The notes beneath the pieces are model-generated. The model was not told the DNA's origin. It saw only the letters and a list, made by a program, of their open reading frames with translations, and made no database searches. Shown here piece by piece: positions 38,852 to 47,949 of a stretch of DNA of 64,000 nucleotides. A program made the translations under genes and the position numbers. Positions within the stretch are counted from its first letter, which is position 1. Each line of letters opens with the position of its first letter. Source of the DNA: an uncultured Ruminococcus sp. (GTDB lineage: Bacteria; Bacillota; Clostridia; Oscillospirales; Acutalibacteraceae); the NCBI GenBank assembly GCA_958403905.1, contig CATXZD010000011.1, positions 21,181-85,180 on the forward strand, written 5' to 3'.

Positions 38852-39826
38852 ATGAAAATACTGACGGTATTTACGGGCGGTACTATCGGCTCGACAAAAT
38901 CAAACGGTGTTATTTCTCCTGATTCTCAAAATTCTTATAAATTGCTTGAAATGTATTCGAAGATTGACGAAAAAATTGAGTTTACTGCTGTTCAGCCGAT
39001 GAATATTTTAAGCGAAAATATGAACGGTAAGATTCTTACTCAGCTTTATAAATGCATAAGCTCATATGATTTGAGTGAGTTTGACGGAGTTATCGTCACA
39101 CACGGAACGGACACACTTCAATATACGGCGGCTTATCTTTCATATGCTTTCGGTCTTTGCAAAACTCCGATTGTCTTGGTTTCGGCTAACTTCCCTCTTG
39201 AGGACAAACGCTCAAACGGTTTTCAAAATTTTTGCGGAGCTGTTGAGCTTATCAGGAGTAAAAAGGGCAGAGGGGTTTTTGTTTCGTATACAAATACTCC
39301 GTATGATGTTACAGAAATCCACAGAGCATCAAGAGTTCTTTCGCACAGCCCTTATGAGGACTATATTTTTAGTATTTTTGAAAACAGCGTGTATGCAGAT
39401 TATTGTGATGACAATTTTGAAAAATGCAGATATTATAAAGAAGAAAGAGATAAAATTTCTATGTCAGACTGTACCGTACTTGAAGAAGTCTCCGATGTAC
39501 TGTATTTAAGACCATATGTCGGTATGACGTATCCGCAGATTACGCAGTGCACAAAGGCTGTTTTACTCGAGGGCTACCATTCGGGAACGCTCAACACGGA
39601 CGGAAATGAGTTAACAAAATTCTGTACTGAAGCAGAAAAATGCGGTGTGCCTATTTTTCTTACAGGTGCGGAAAAAGATTTCTTTTATGAAAGCAAGCTG
39701 ATGTTTGAAAAACTGAAAATCAATGTTTTACCGCCTGCATCGCCGATTGCAATGTATATGAAACTTTGGATGCTTAAAAACGACAGACTAAGTGATGTTT
39801 TTCTGCCCTGCGGCGGAGATTTTTAA
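38852..39826 (+). CDS. L-asparaginase family protein
   Basis: FTGGTIG, ILSENM, VTHGTDTL. Confidence 0.88.
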   Translation: MKILTVFTGGTIGSTKSNGVISPDSQNSYKLLEMYSKIDEKIEFTAVQPMNILSENMNGKILTQLYKCISSYDLSEFDGVIVTHGTDTLQYTAAYLSYAFGLCKTPIVLVSANFPLEDKRSNGFQNFCGAVELIRSKKGRGVFVSYTNTPYDVTEIHRASRVLSHSPYEDYIFSIFENSVYADYCDDNFEKCRYYKEERDKISMSDCTVLEEVSDVLYLRPYVGMTYPQITQCTKAVLLEGYHSGTLNTDGNELTKFCTEAEKCGVPIFLTGAEKDFFYESKLMFEKLKINVLPPASPIAMYMKLWMLKNDRLSDVFLPCGGDF

Positions 39827-39839
39827 TAAGAATAAAGGT

Positions 39840-39874
39840 AAACACCCCCTGTACATACCGTACAGGGGGTGTTT
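39840..39874. terminator. Hairpin between convergent genes
   Basis: aaacaccccctgtac-atacc-gtacagggggtgttt. Confidence 0.8.
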
Positions 39875-39935
39875 CAGAAGAGTAAATTTTATGAGTAAAA
39901 TGAGTATTTTTATTTTTCTGCCTAATCTAATTAGT

Positions 39936-40685
39936 TTATTGATAATCGCATACGTTTACCCACGAGAGCAGGAACTCACGCTCTTCGGGCTTGCCCTTAA
40001 CAGACTGCGAAGCGGCTACTATTGGAAGCCACTCGTTTACATACTGACGAGCAGTATCTGTCTTTTCACAGAACAGCTTCATATATTTTTCAGCAACGTC
40101 ATCCTGTTTGTTAAGACGGAACAAAAGATATGTTCTTGCAGCGTCAGCAGAGCCGTTGCCCTGAGTAGCGTGTGACCAGTCGAGAACGTAAGGCGTTCCG
40201 TCAGGTGTGATGATTACGTTGCTGGGATTGAAGTCACCGTGGCAAACCTTTGTGTGCTTGGGCATACTGTTTAAACGGGTATGAAGCTCGTATCTTGTAG
40301 TTGCGTCAAGGTCAGTTTCGCTGATTTTTCTGTTCATCTTGTCCTGAAGCTTGTTGAGCAAAGGTGCTTTCTGGTTGAGAACCTTAATCTGAATATCAAC
40401 AAAAAGCTCAAGGTATTCATCAACTTTATCGGGATTTTCAGCCATTAGAGTTGCAAGGGTTTTGCCTTCTATATATGTTGAGATGATAGCCCATTTGCCG
40501 TCAATCTTAGTAACCTCTTCAATTTTTGGAATGTTGAGTCCTGTTTCTTCAACTCTCGCCTGATTCAGCGCCTCGTTAAGAATGTCCGACTTTGGAAAAG
40601 ACTCGTCGAAAACCTTGGCTACAAGGTCACCGTCTTTGTAAATCTTTTTGTTTTTTCTTTCAGCAAGAATTGTATCAAGTTTCAT
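39936..40685 (-). CDS. APH/choline kinase-like phosphotransferase
   Basis: EALNQARVEE, CHGDFNPSN, LDW, ADAARTY. Confidence 0.88.
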   Translation of the reverse strand: MKLDTILAERKNKKIYKDGDLVAKVFDESFPKSDILNEALNQARVEETGLNIPKIEEVTKIDGKWAIISTYIEGKTLATLMAENPDKVDEYLELFVDIQIKVLNQKAPLLNKLQDKMNRKISETDLDATTRYELHTRLNSMPKHTKVCHGDFNPSNVIITPDGTPYVLDWSHATQGNGSADAARTYLLFRLNKQDDVAEKYMKLFCEKTDTARQYVNEWLPIVAASQSVKGKPEEREFLLSWVNVCDYQ

Positions 40686-41012
40686 TTATGTTTCCCCTTT
40701 CGGTGGTGTTGTTTTATATAGCATACGAAATTTGCTATGGTTATATTATACAATAATAAATTCGGTTAGTATAGTAGGAAAATTACAAAAAAATCAAAAA
40801 AATCTTTGTTCATTTAGATAATATAAATAAATGATTATTTACGTTTTATATAAAAGCTGAGGCTGTTATTTGGTTATTTAGCATAAAAATCCACTATTGT
40901 TTTAACTAAATATCAATTGTGACGTATGATGTTGTTTGTGCAAGTTGACAAAGTTTTAACGGACGAAAAAAGAGGCACACAATTCGTTTGTGCACCCCAA
41001 AATACCCTGTTA

Positions 41013-41708
41013 TTAATTTCTCATTAGATGGATTGTAGTTTCGGCTTTTTCAATTATTCTTAAATCATTGTCATAGGAACACATTTTTCGTGCCTGCTGT
41101 AAGTCAACCCAGATGTAGCTGTCAATTTCTTCCTCCTGAATTTTTACGTTGTCAGTAAAAGCCTGAGCAAGAAAGAAAATAACACGTTTTTTGATTTTGC
41201 CAAACGGGCAGTATTCGCTGATTTCCCGAAAACCGTCAAACAGCGTAACGTCAAGCCCCGTTTCTTCCTTAATTTCACGTATAGCAGTTTGTTGTTCGTT
41301 TTCGCCCTCCTCAATGTGACCTTTCGGAAAGCTCCAGTACCTGCCGTTGCTGTTTTTTACAAGCAGAATTTTCGTGTTTTGCTTTGTTTTATAGAAAATT
41401 ATTGCACCGCATGACTTTTCGTAAAGACAATTTATACTTTTTAGCTTTATGTTTTTTAGTCGTGAAAGCAGTTTTCGCAGTTCGGGTTCATAAAAAATTT
41501 CTCCCGGCGGAGCAACAACAGCTCTTTCGCCGTCGAGTCCGTCAAATTCGGCAACGGCTATGACAACGCCGTCAAAGAATTCGGGAACTTTTCTTCGTGA
41601 TACAACATATGCGCTTTTATTTTTTATTTTTGGTGAGCTGATATATGCCGAACGCAGGTTACTGCTGATTTTTCCGAAAACACTTACTTTTACTCTATCG
41701 GAAATCAT
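41013..41708 (-). CDS. NUDIX (Ap4A hydrolase-like) with N-terminal extra domain
   Basis: EKSCGAII, WSFPKGHIEEGE..TAIREIKEETG; about 95-aa N-terminal extension. Confidence 0.88.
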   Translation of the reverse strand: MISDRVKVSVFGKISSNLRSAYISSPKIKNKSAYVVSRRKVPEFFDGVVIAVAEFDGLDGERAVVAPPGEIFYEPELRKLLSRLKNIKLKSINCLYEKSCGAIIFYKTKQNTKILLVKNSNGRYWSFPKGHIEEGENEQQTAIREIKEETGLDVTLFDGFREISEYCPFGKIKKRVIFFLAQAFTDNVKIQEEEIDSYIWVDLQQARKMCSYDNDLRIIEKAETTIHLMRN

Positions 41709-41765
41709 ACCGCTGCCTCCTTTCGTAAATTTAGTAGAAAATTCAAATTAGTTTAATTGAAAATA

Positions 41766-43055
41766 TCAGTCAAACAGACCGCTCATACTGTCAAGCTGAA
41801 TCTGAGTGTTTGCACTCATAACTCCGTTAAGGAAAAGCACCTCGTCAATTCCGTTTTGCTGGCAGTAGGAAACAAGATTGCCGCCGAAGGTACGGAAATC
41901 AATAACGTGTACTTCCTCATAATTATAGGTTAGATAGGGAACAAAGGCATTGCCGTAGCTTTCCTTTATTACTGCAATTTTTTTGCCTGTTTCAGCATTT
42001 TCAGATGCCGATTTAAGAACGGTAAGCGGATGGTCGCCCATTATGAATACACCGTAGGTAAGAGTGCCTGCCTCTGCATACTGGTAATACGGACTTGTGT
42101 AGGTGTTTAAATTTCCGCTTTCATCTGTTACGTCCATTGTCACCTCGTACGGAAACTCCCAGTAGTGAACCGTGTCGCTGTCAAGACCGCTTGCGGTGTT
42201 TGTAAACGTTCCGGTAAAGCCGTCAATCTTCTGTTCAGTGCAGTCGTCAAGCGATAGAACGGGCAGATTGTTTGTCTTTGCAAATGCAGAGTATGCATAA
42301 TAAGCGCCAAGCCCTGTCCAGTGGTGGTCGGAGCCGAAGTAGATGTATTCATCGTTGTGGTCTGCAAGATAGTTGTATGCGTTTACAGGTGTTACTTTGT
42401 CAGACAGCTTGGAATAGATGCTCTTTATGTTTTCAGCCTGCGAGCTTGACGGGGCATCGCTGTCTTTAAGCCGCTGGGGAAGTCCCATTTCCGTGTGATT
42501 CGGTATTACCATATCGTAGACGGTAATTCCGTTTAGCTTGTCGGCAAAGCCGTTTATTGTTTCCGCATAAGTTGTTGCCTTTGTCTCATCACTGCCGAAA
42601 AGCTCAAACCCTTGCTTGTCCCATACATATATGTTGTAGGCGGAATAACCTGCTGATTTGTCATCCTTAATCTGCGGAGTTTTAAAGTAGCCGGGAGAAA
42701 GATCACCCTGAACTTTGTTGTTTTTTTCATTAGCCTTTGGTGTGTCGGCTGTAGCCACAGGCTTTGTATCGGTTGAAACAGGAGCGTTTGTCTGTTTTGC
42801 ACCGAAACAGCTTTTAAAAACAGAAGAAATCATAACAACTAACAGTATAATAATAAGTATTCCGCAGCTGACAATTATAATTCTGTTGCGGGTGCGTTTT
42901 TTGTTGTTTTTACGGCGCTTATTAGTGTTATACGCAGGGCGTCCGTTATATGAACCCTGTCTGCGCTGCTGCTGACGGCGGCGGTAATCTCTGCTGTCGT
43001 AGCTGTCATCAAAATTATCTAAATCAAAGTAATCATAATCGTTGCGGTTACTCAT
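41766..43055 (-). CDS. DHHW family protein (AlgX/AlgJ-like O-acetyltransferase)
   Basis: SDHHWTGLGAYY, KESYGNAFVP; single TM anchor; ATG 43055. Confidence 0.87.
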   Translation of the reverse strand: MSNRNDYDYFDLDNFDDSYDSRDYRRRQQQRRQGSYNGRPAYNTNKRRKNNKKRTRNRIIIVSCGILIIILLVVMISSVFKSCFGAKQTNAPVSTDTKPVATADTPKANEKNNKVQGDLSPGYFKTPQIKDDKSAGYSAYNIYVWDKQGFELFGSDETKATTYAETINGFADKLNGITVYDMVIPNHTEMGLPQRLKDSDAPSSSQAENIKSIYSKLSDKVTPVNAYNYLADHNDEYIYFGSDHHWTGLGAYYAYSAFAKTNNLPVLSLDDCTEQKIDGFTGTFTNTASGLDSDTVHYWEFPYEVTMDVTDESGNLNTYTSPYYQYAEAGTLTYGVFIMGDHPLTVLKSASENAETGKKIAVIKESYGNAFVPYLTYNYEEVHVIDFRTFGGNLVSYCQQNGIDEVLFLNGVMSANTQIQLDSMSGLFD

Positions 43056-43291
43056 AGTAAATCTCCCTATCCTTTGAAAAATATTCAAAAACAGAATAAC
43101 GTAAAGGAATACAGATTAATTATACTACATTATGGCTTTAAAAACAATATGATTTTACATTTTTCCACACAAAATAGAGATTTTAAGTGACGGCTTTGCG
43201 TTATTGCTTGAATATGTTTGTAATTTGTGATAAAATTATAAAGTATATAATTCTGAATAACAGCAAGCAAAAGAGGGAAAAGAGGGATAAA

Positions 43292-44479
43292 ATGGAATAC
43301 AGATTTTCCGACAGGGTTTCAAATCTGAAACCGAGTGCAATAAGAGAAATTTTTAAATATGCGTCCGACCCGGAGGTCGTTTCGCTTTCGGCAGGCAATC
43401 CGTCACCAGACGCTTTCCCTGCAAAGGAGATTGCAGAAATTTCAGCCGAGGTTCTGAAAAACAACCCGATTTCGGTTTTACAGTACAGCGTAAGCGAGGG
43501 TTATACTCCGCTTAGAAACACCATTAAGGAGTATATGAAAAAGGAGCACAACACAGGAAGCGGCGATGACGACGTTTTAATTACAACGGGAGCACAGCAG
43601 ATTATGGATTTGTGTTCAAAGGCGCTCGTCAATGAGGGAGAAGTTGTCATTTGTGAAGCTCCGTCGTTTATCGGCTCTCTTAATACGTTTCGCAGTTACA
43701 ATGCAAAGCTTGTCGGTGTTAATGTAGAACCTGACGGAATGAGCATTGAAGAACTTGAAAATGCGCTCAAGGCTAACCCGAACGCAAGACTTATCTACAC
43801 AATCCCGAATTTTCAGAATCCATCGGGTATTACGATGAGCTTTGAAAAAAGAAAAAAGATTTATGAGCTTGCAAAAAAATACGGTGTGCTTATTGTTGAG
43901 GATAACCCATACGGCGATTTACGCTACAGCGGAGAATATGTTCCGAATATCAAGTCGCTTGATACGGATGGAATCGTTATTTACGCAGGTTCTTTTTCAA
44001 AGGTTATCTCACCCGGAATACGTGTTGCTTACTGCATTTGTCCCAAGCCGATTTTTCAAAAACTGGTTGTTTGTAAGCAGGGCAACGATGTTCATACAAA
44101 TATCTGGTCGCAGTATGTTTGCAATGAGTTTATTAATAAGTACGATTTTAACGCTCACCTTGCAAGACTCCGTGAGATTTACACTAAAAAAGCTGATTAT
44201 TGTATGAATTTGCTTGATAAATATTGTGCACCTGCAATTACTTACCACAGAATTGACGGAGGTTTGTTTATCTGGTGCAATTTGCCCGAAAGCATTGATA
44301 TGCCGACATTTTGCAAAAAGGCGGTTGAAAACAAGGTGTGTGTAGTGCCGGGTAATGCTTTTCTGACTGATGAAAATGAAAAGTGCCAAAGCTTCAGAAT
44401 TAATTTTTCAACGCCGACCGATGAACAGCTTGAAAAAGGAATTAAAATTCTCGGCGAGCTTGCAAATAATTGGAAATAA
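43292..44479 (+). CDS. PLP-dependent class I aminotransferase (LysN/ARO8-like)
   Basis: SAIREI, LQYS..EG, PNFQNPSG, EDNPYG, GSFSKVISPGIR. Confidence 0.93.
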   Translation: MEYRFSDRVSNLKPSAIREIFKYASDPEVVSLSAGNPSPDAFPAKEIAEISAEVLKNNPISVLQYSVSEGYTPLRNTIKEYMKKEHNTGSGDDDVLITTGAQQIMDLCSKALVNEGEVVICEAPSFIGSLNTFRSYNAKLVGVNVEPDGMSIEELENALKANPNARLIYTIPNFQNPSGITMSFEKRKKIYELAKKYGVLIVEDNPYGDLRYSGEYVPNIKSLDTDGIVIYAGSFSKVISPGIRVAYCICPKPIFQKLVVCKQGNDVHTNIWSQYVCNEFINKYDFNAHLARLREIYTKKADYCMNLLDKYCAPAITYHRIDGGLFIWCNLPESIDMPTFCKKAVENKVCVVPGNAFLTDENEKCQSFRINFSTPTDEQLEKGIKILGELANNWK

Positions 44480-44505
44480 AGATATTTTAATGGAGGAATT
44501 AACAT

Positions 44506-45507
44506 ATGGAAAACGAAAAGAAAAAAGAAGTTGTATTCAGCGCAATACAGCCCAGCGGAACAATTACACTTGGAAACTACCTCGGAGCCGTGCGCAACTG
44601 GGTTGCAATGCAGGACGAGTACAACTGTATTTATGCGCTTGCCGACCTGCACACAATTACCGTAAGGCAGGAGCCTGCTGCTATGAGAAAAAACATTCTT
44701 GACGCTTATGCTTCAATTATGGCGTGCGGAATTGATGTTGAAAAGAGTATTTTCTTCATTCAGAGCCACGTTCACACTCATGCAGAGCTTTCGTGGGCGT
44801 TAAGCTGTTACACCCAGTTTGGCGAGCTTTCAAGAATGACGCAGTTTAAGGATAAGTCTGCCAAGCACGCCGACAACATTAACGCAGGACTTTTCACTTA
44901 TCCTGTGCTTATGGCTTCCGATATTCTGCTTTATCAGGCGGATAAGGTGCCTGTTGGCGCCGACCAGAAGCAGCACATTGAGATTACAAGAAATATTGCA
45001 GAGCGTTTCAACGGATTGTACGGAAACGTATTCAAAATTCCCGACGGATTTATTCCGAAGAACGGCGCTAGGGTAATGAGCCTTCAGGACCCGACTAAAA
45101 AGATGAGTAAATCGGACGAAAACGTTAACGGCTGCGTCCATCTTCTTGATACGCCCGAAGCAATTATGAGAAAATTCAAACGTGCCGTAACCGACAGCGA
45201 GGCTTGCGTAAGATATGCCGAGGGCAAGGACGGCGTAAACAACCTTATGACAATTTACAGCGCAGTAACGGGACTCACTTATGAACAAATTGAGCACGAC
45301 TTTGACGGCAAGGGCTACGGTGACTTTAAGAATGCCGTAGGCGAGGCTGTTGTTGAGGCTCTTCGTCCGATTCGTGAACGCTATGAACAGCTTGTCAAGG
45401 ACAAGGCATATCTTGAGGAGTGCTACAGAAAGGCTGATGAAATTGCGCTTAAAATCAGCAGCCGAACCTTAAATAAGGTTATGAAGAAAATAGGCTTTAT
45501 TCTTTAA
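44506..45507 (+). CDS. trpS: Tryptophan--tRNA ligase
   Basis: QPSG.ITLGNYLGA, YPVLMASDILLY, VPVGADQKQH, KMSKS. Confidence 0.98.
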   Translation: MENEKKKEVVFSAIQPSGTITLGNYLGAVRNWVAMQDEYNCIYALADLHTITVRQEPAAMRKNILDAYASIMACGIDVEKSIFFIQSHVHTHAELSWALSCYTQFGELSRMTQFKDKSAKHADNINAGLFTYPVLMASDILLYQADKVPVGADQKQHIEITRNIAERFNGLYGNVFKIPDGFIPKNGARVMSLQDPTKKMSKSDENVNGCVHLLDTPEAIMRKFKRAVTDSEACVRYAEGKDGVNNLMTIYSAVTGLTYEQIEHDFDGKGYGDFKNAVGEAVVEALRPIRERYEQLVKDKAYLEECYRKADEIALKISSRTLNKVMKKIGFIL

Positions 45508-45521
45508 TTTTTTAGTAAAGG

Positions 45522-46745
45522 ATGGGTAAAAATAATATGACAAAAATTGAAAATAAAATTTTTGATTGGATAAGAAAAAATATTATTCTGATTTTTCTTG
45601 GTGCTGTTACAATTTTAGGTGTTGCCATACATCTTTGTGGAATTGATTTTCAGAGCGATGATTACAACAGCTTTCTCTATCCATGGTGGACTCGTATTGA
45701 AAGCGCCGGTGTGCAGGGAATTGCAACGCAAATAGGAAATTACAACATACCTTATCAGATAATAACCTATTTGTTTACGCTTACTCCGCTTGGTCCGCTG
45801 TATTCCTACAAAGCTTTGTCGATTGCTTTTGACTTTGTGCTTGCAGGAAGTGCGGCATTGCTTGTTTATTCTTTTGACAGTAAAAAATCGTATTTTAAGC
45901 CTGCGTTTACATATGGATTGATTTTCTGTTCAATGACGGTGGTGCTTAATTCGTCGTTCTGGGCACAGTGTGATTCAATTTACGTTTCGTTTATACTTCT
46001 GTCAATCTACTTTTTGAAAAATGATAAGAACATAGCGTCCTTTGTTATGCTCGGAATTGCGTTTGCATTCAAGCTGCAGGCAGTGTTTATTCTTCCGGTG
46101 TATCTGTTTTATTATATTTGTACACGCAAGGTATCAATACTTCATTTTCTGATTATTCCTGCCGTTGATTTTGTTATGTGTCTGCCTGCAATTATCCTCG
46201 GAAGGAATCCGCTTGATATAATAACAATTTATGCCGACCAAACGGATTACGGCAAGCTGATTCATATGAATTGCCCGAATATATATGCATTTTTGTGTAA
46301 CGGCAATGATATGACATATTATTATCTTTTGAAAACGTTGTCAATTGTTCTGACGTTTGCAATACTCGGTGCAGGACTTTGTATGCTGATTTACAAAAGG
46401 ACAGATTTGTTTGACAGGAACAATTTTCTGCTCGCTTCAATCTGGACGGTGTTTACCTGCATAATGTTCTTATCGTCAATGCACGAGAGATATGCGTATC
46501 TTCTTGACATACTGATGATTATATATGCAGTTGTAAACGTGAAACGTGTTTGGCTGCCGATTGTGTGCAACCTTGTAAGTCTTAGGGGATATTGCTTCTA
46601 TTTATTTTCATACGATGTTCTGGACATAAAAATCACTGCAATTGTGTATATAGCGGTGTATGCGTATGTTTCGTATATTTTCTTAAAAGATGTAGTAATA
46701 AACGGAAAAAAGATAAATGATAAGCCCAAAATAAAAACAGCGTAA
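45522..46745 (+). CDS. GT-C fold membrane glycosyltransferase (mannosyltransferase-like)
   Basis: NYNIPY, NSSFWAQCDSIY, FKLQA, MHERY; many TM helices. Confidence 0.8.
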   Translation: MGKNNMTKIENKIFDWIRKNIILIFLGAVTILGVAIHLCGIDFQSDDYNSFLYPWWTRIESAGVQGIATQIGNYNIPYQIITYLFTLTPLGPLYSYKALSIAFDFVLAGSAALLVYSFDSKKSYFKPAFTYGLIFCSMTVVLNSSFWAQCDSIYVSFILLSIYFLKNDKNIASFVMLGIAFAFKLQAVFILPVYLFYYICTRKVSILHFLIIPAVDFVMCLPAIILGRNPLDIITIYADQTDYGKLIHMNCPNIYAFLCNGNDMTYYYLLKTLSIVLTFAILGAGLCMLIYKRTDLFDRNNFLLASIWTVFTCIMFLSSMHERYAYLLDILMIIYAVVNVKRVWLPIVCNLVSLRGYCFYLFSYDVLDIKITAIVYIAVYAYVSYIFLKDVVINGKKINDKPKIKTA

Positions 46746-46757
46746 AATAAAAATACT

Positions 46758-46791
46758 AATGCGGTACTGTCTGTTGGTCAGTACCGCATTT
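46758..46791. terminator. Hairpin between convergent genes
   Basis: aatgcggtactg...cagtaccgcatt. Confidence 0.75.
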
Positions 46792-46869
46792 ATGTTACAA
46801 ATGTGTCAATTAAGTTTTCTTTTTGAATACTACGCACCGTATTTCTGCTGAATTTTACAGCGGACGTTA

Positions 46870-47949
46870 TTAATCGCCAAATGAGATTCCCATTGCTTTG
46901 GCGGCTTTAATTTCCTCGCAATCCGTAGGAACGGTTTTAAGCTTTCCTGCAATTTCCTCAAGCGGAACAGGCACTACCTTGCCGTTGCGAAGCGCAACCA
47001 TATTGCCGTAATTCTTATCAATGATAAGCTGTGCGGCGGCCACGCCGAAGCGTGTGGAAATTACACGGTCATATGGGTCGGGACTTCCGCCTCGCTGGAA
47101 ATGACCGGGAACAGTAACCCTTGTTTCCTGTCCTGTTGCCTGTTCGATTTCTTCGGCAATTTTGTAGGAGATAGAGGGGTACTTCATCTCTGCAATTGCC
47201 GCTTTTTTCTGCTTTTTGGGAAGGGAAGCAAGTTCCTTTGAAATTGCGCCCTCTGCAACGGCAAGAATAGAAAAGTTTTTTCCGTTTGCTGTGCGTGCCT
47301 TTATAGTCTTAATAACCGAGTTAATGTCATACGGAATTTCGGGAATGAGGATAATATCCGCACCGCCCGCAATTCCTGCATAAAGCGTAAGCCAGCCAAC
47401 CTTATGTCCCATAACCTCAATTATGAAAACTCGTCCGTGCGATGTAGCGGTTGTGTGAATACAGTCGATTACATTTGTTGCAATGTCAACTGCACTTTGA
47501 AAACCAAAGGTAATGTCAGTTCCCCAAAGGTCATTGTCAATTGTTTTCGGAAGCGAAACGACATTAAGCCCCTCTTCTCTGAGCAGATTGGCTGTTTTTT
47601 GTGTTCCGTTTCCGCCGAGAACAACAAGGCAGTCAAGGTTGAGCTTTTTGTAATTTTTCTTCATAGCCGCAACCTTGTCAACGCTGTTTTCGTCTATAAC
47701 ACGCATAAGCTTGAACGGCTGTCTTGATGTGCCGAGAATTGTGCCGCCCATTGTAAGAATACCCGAGAAATTTTCAGGTTTCATACGTCTGTACTCTCCG
47801 TAAATAAGTCCTCTGTAGCCGTCGATTATGCCGATAATTTCAACATCATCACTGCCGTAGTAATTATACAGAGTTTTGGCAACTGCTCGAATTGTTGAGT
47901 TAAGTCCCTGACAATCTCCTCCGCTTGTTAAAATACCTACTCGTTTCAT
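46870..47949 (-). CDS. pfkA: 6-phosphofructokinase (group III type)
   Basis: LTSGGDCQGLN, GGTILGTSR, GGNG, PKTIDND, EVMG; ATG overlaps the ppk1 TGA. Confidence 0.95.
   Translation of the reverse strand: MKRVGILTSGGDCQGLNSTIRAVAKTLYNYYGSDDVEIIGIIDGYRGLIYGEYRRMKPENFSGILTMGGTILGTSRQPFKLMRVIDENSVDKVAAMKKNYKKLNLDCLVVLGGNGTQKTANLLREEGLNVVSLPKTIDNDLWGTDITFGFQSAVDIATNVIDCIHTTATSHGRVFIIEVMGHKVGWLTLYAGIAGGADIILIPEIPYDINSVIKTIKARTANGKNFSILAVAEGAISKELASLPKKQKKAAIAEMKYPSISYKIAEEIEQATGQETRVTVPGHFQRGGSPDPYDRVISTRFGVAAAQLIIDKNYGNMVALRNGKVVPVPLEEIAGKLKTVPTDCEEIKAAKAMGISFGD

Noticed and set aside
38383..40685. Antibiotic resistance calls (nim, aph)
   Set aside because: Only fold-level motifs are visible; both genes sit in ordinary chromosomal context without mobility signs.
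40915..40950. Rex-like operator (ttgtgcaagttgacaa) upstream of the APH-like gene
   Set aside because: Spacing and half-sites deviate from the Rex consensus; not supportable without a motif model.
44480..44505. T-box upstream of trpS
   Set aside because: Only 26 bp separate it from the aminotransferase gene, and I saw no T-box consensus upstream.
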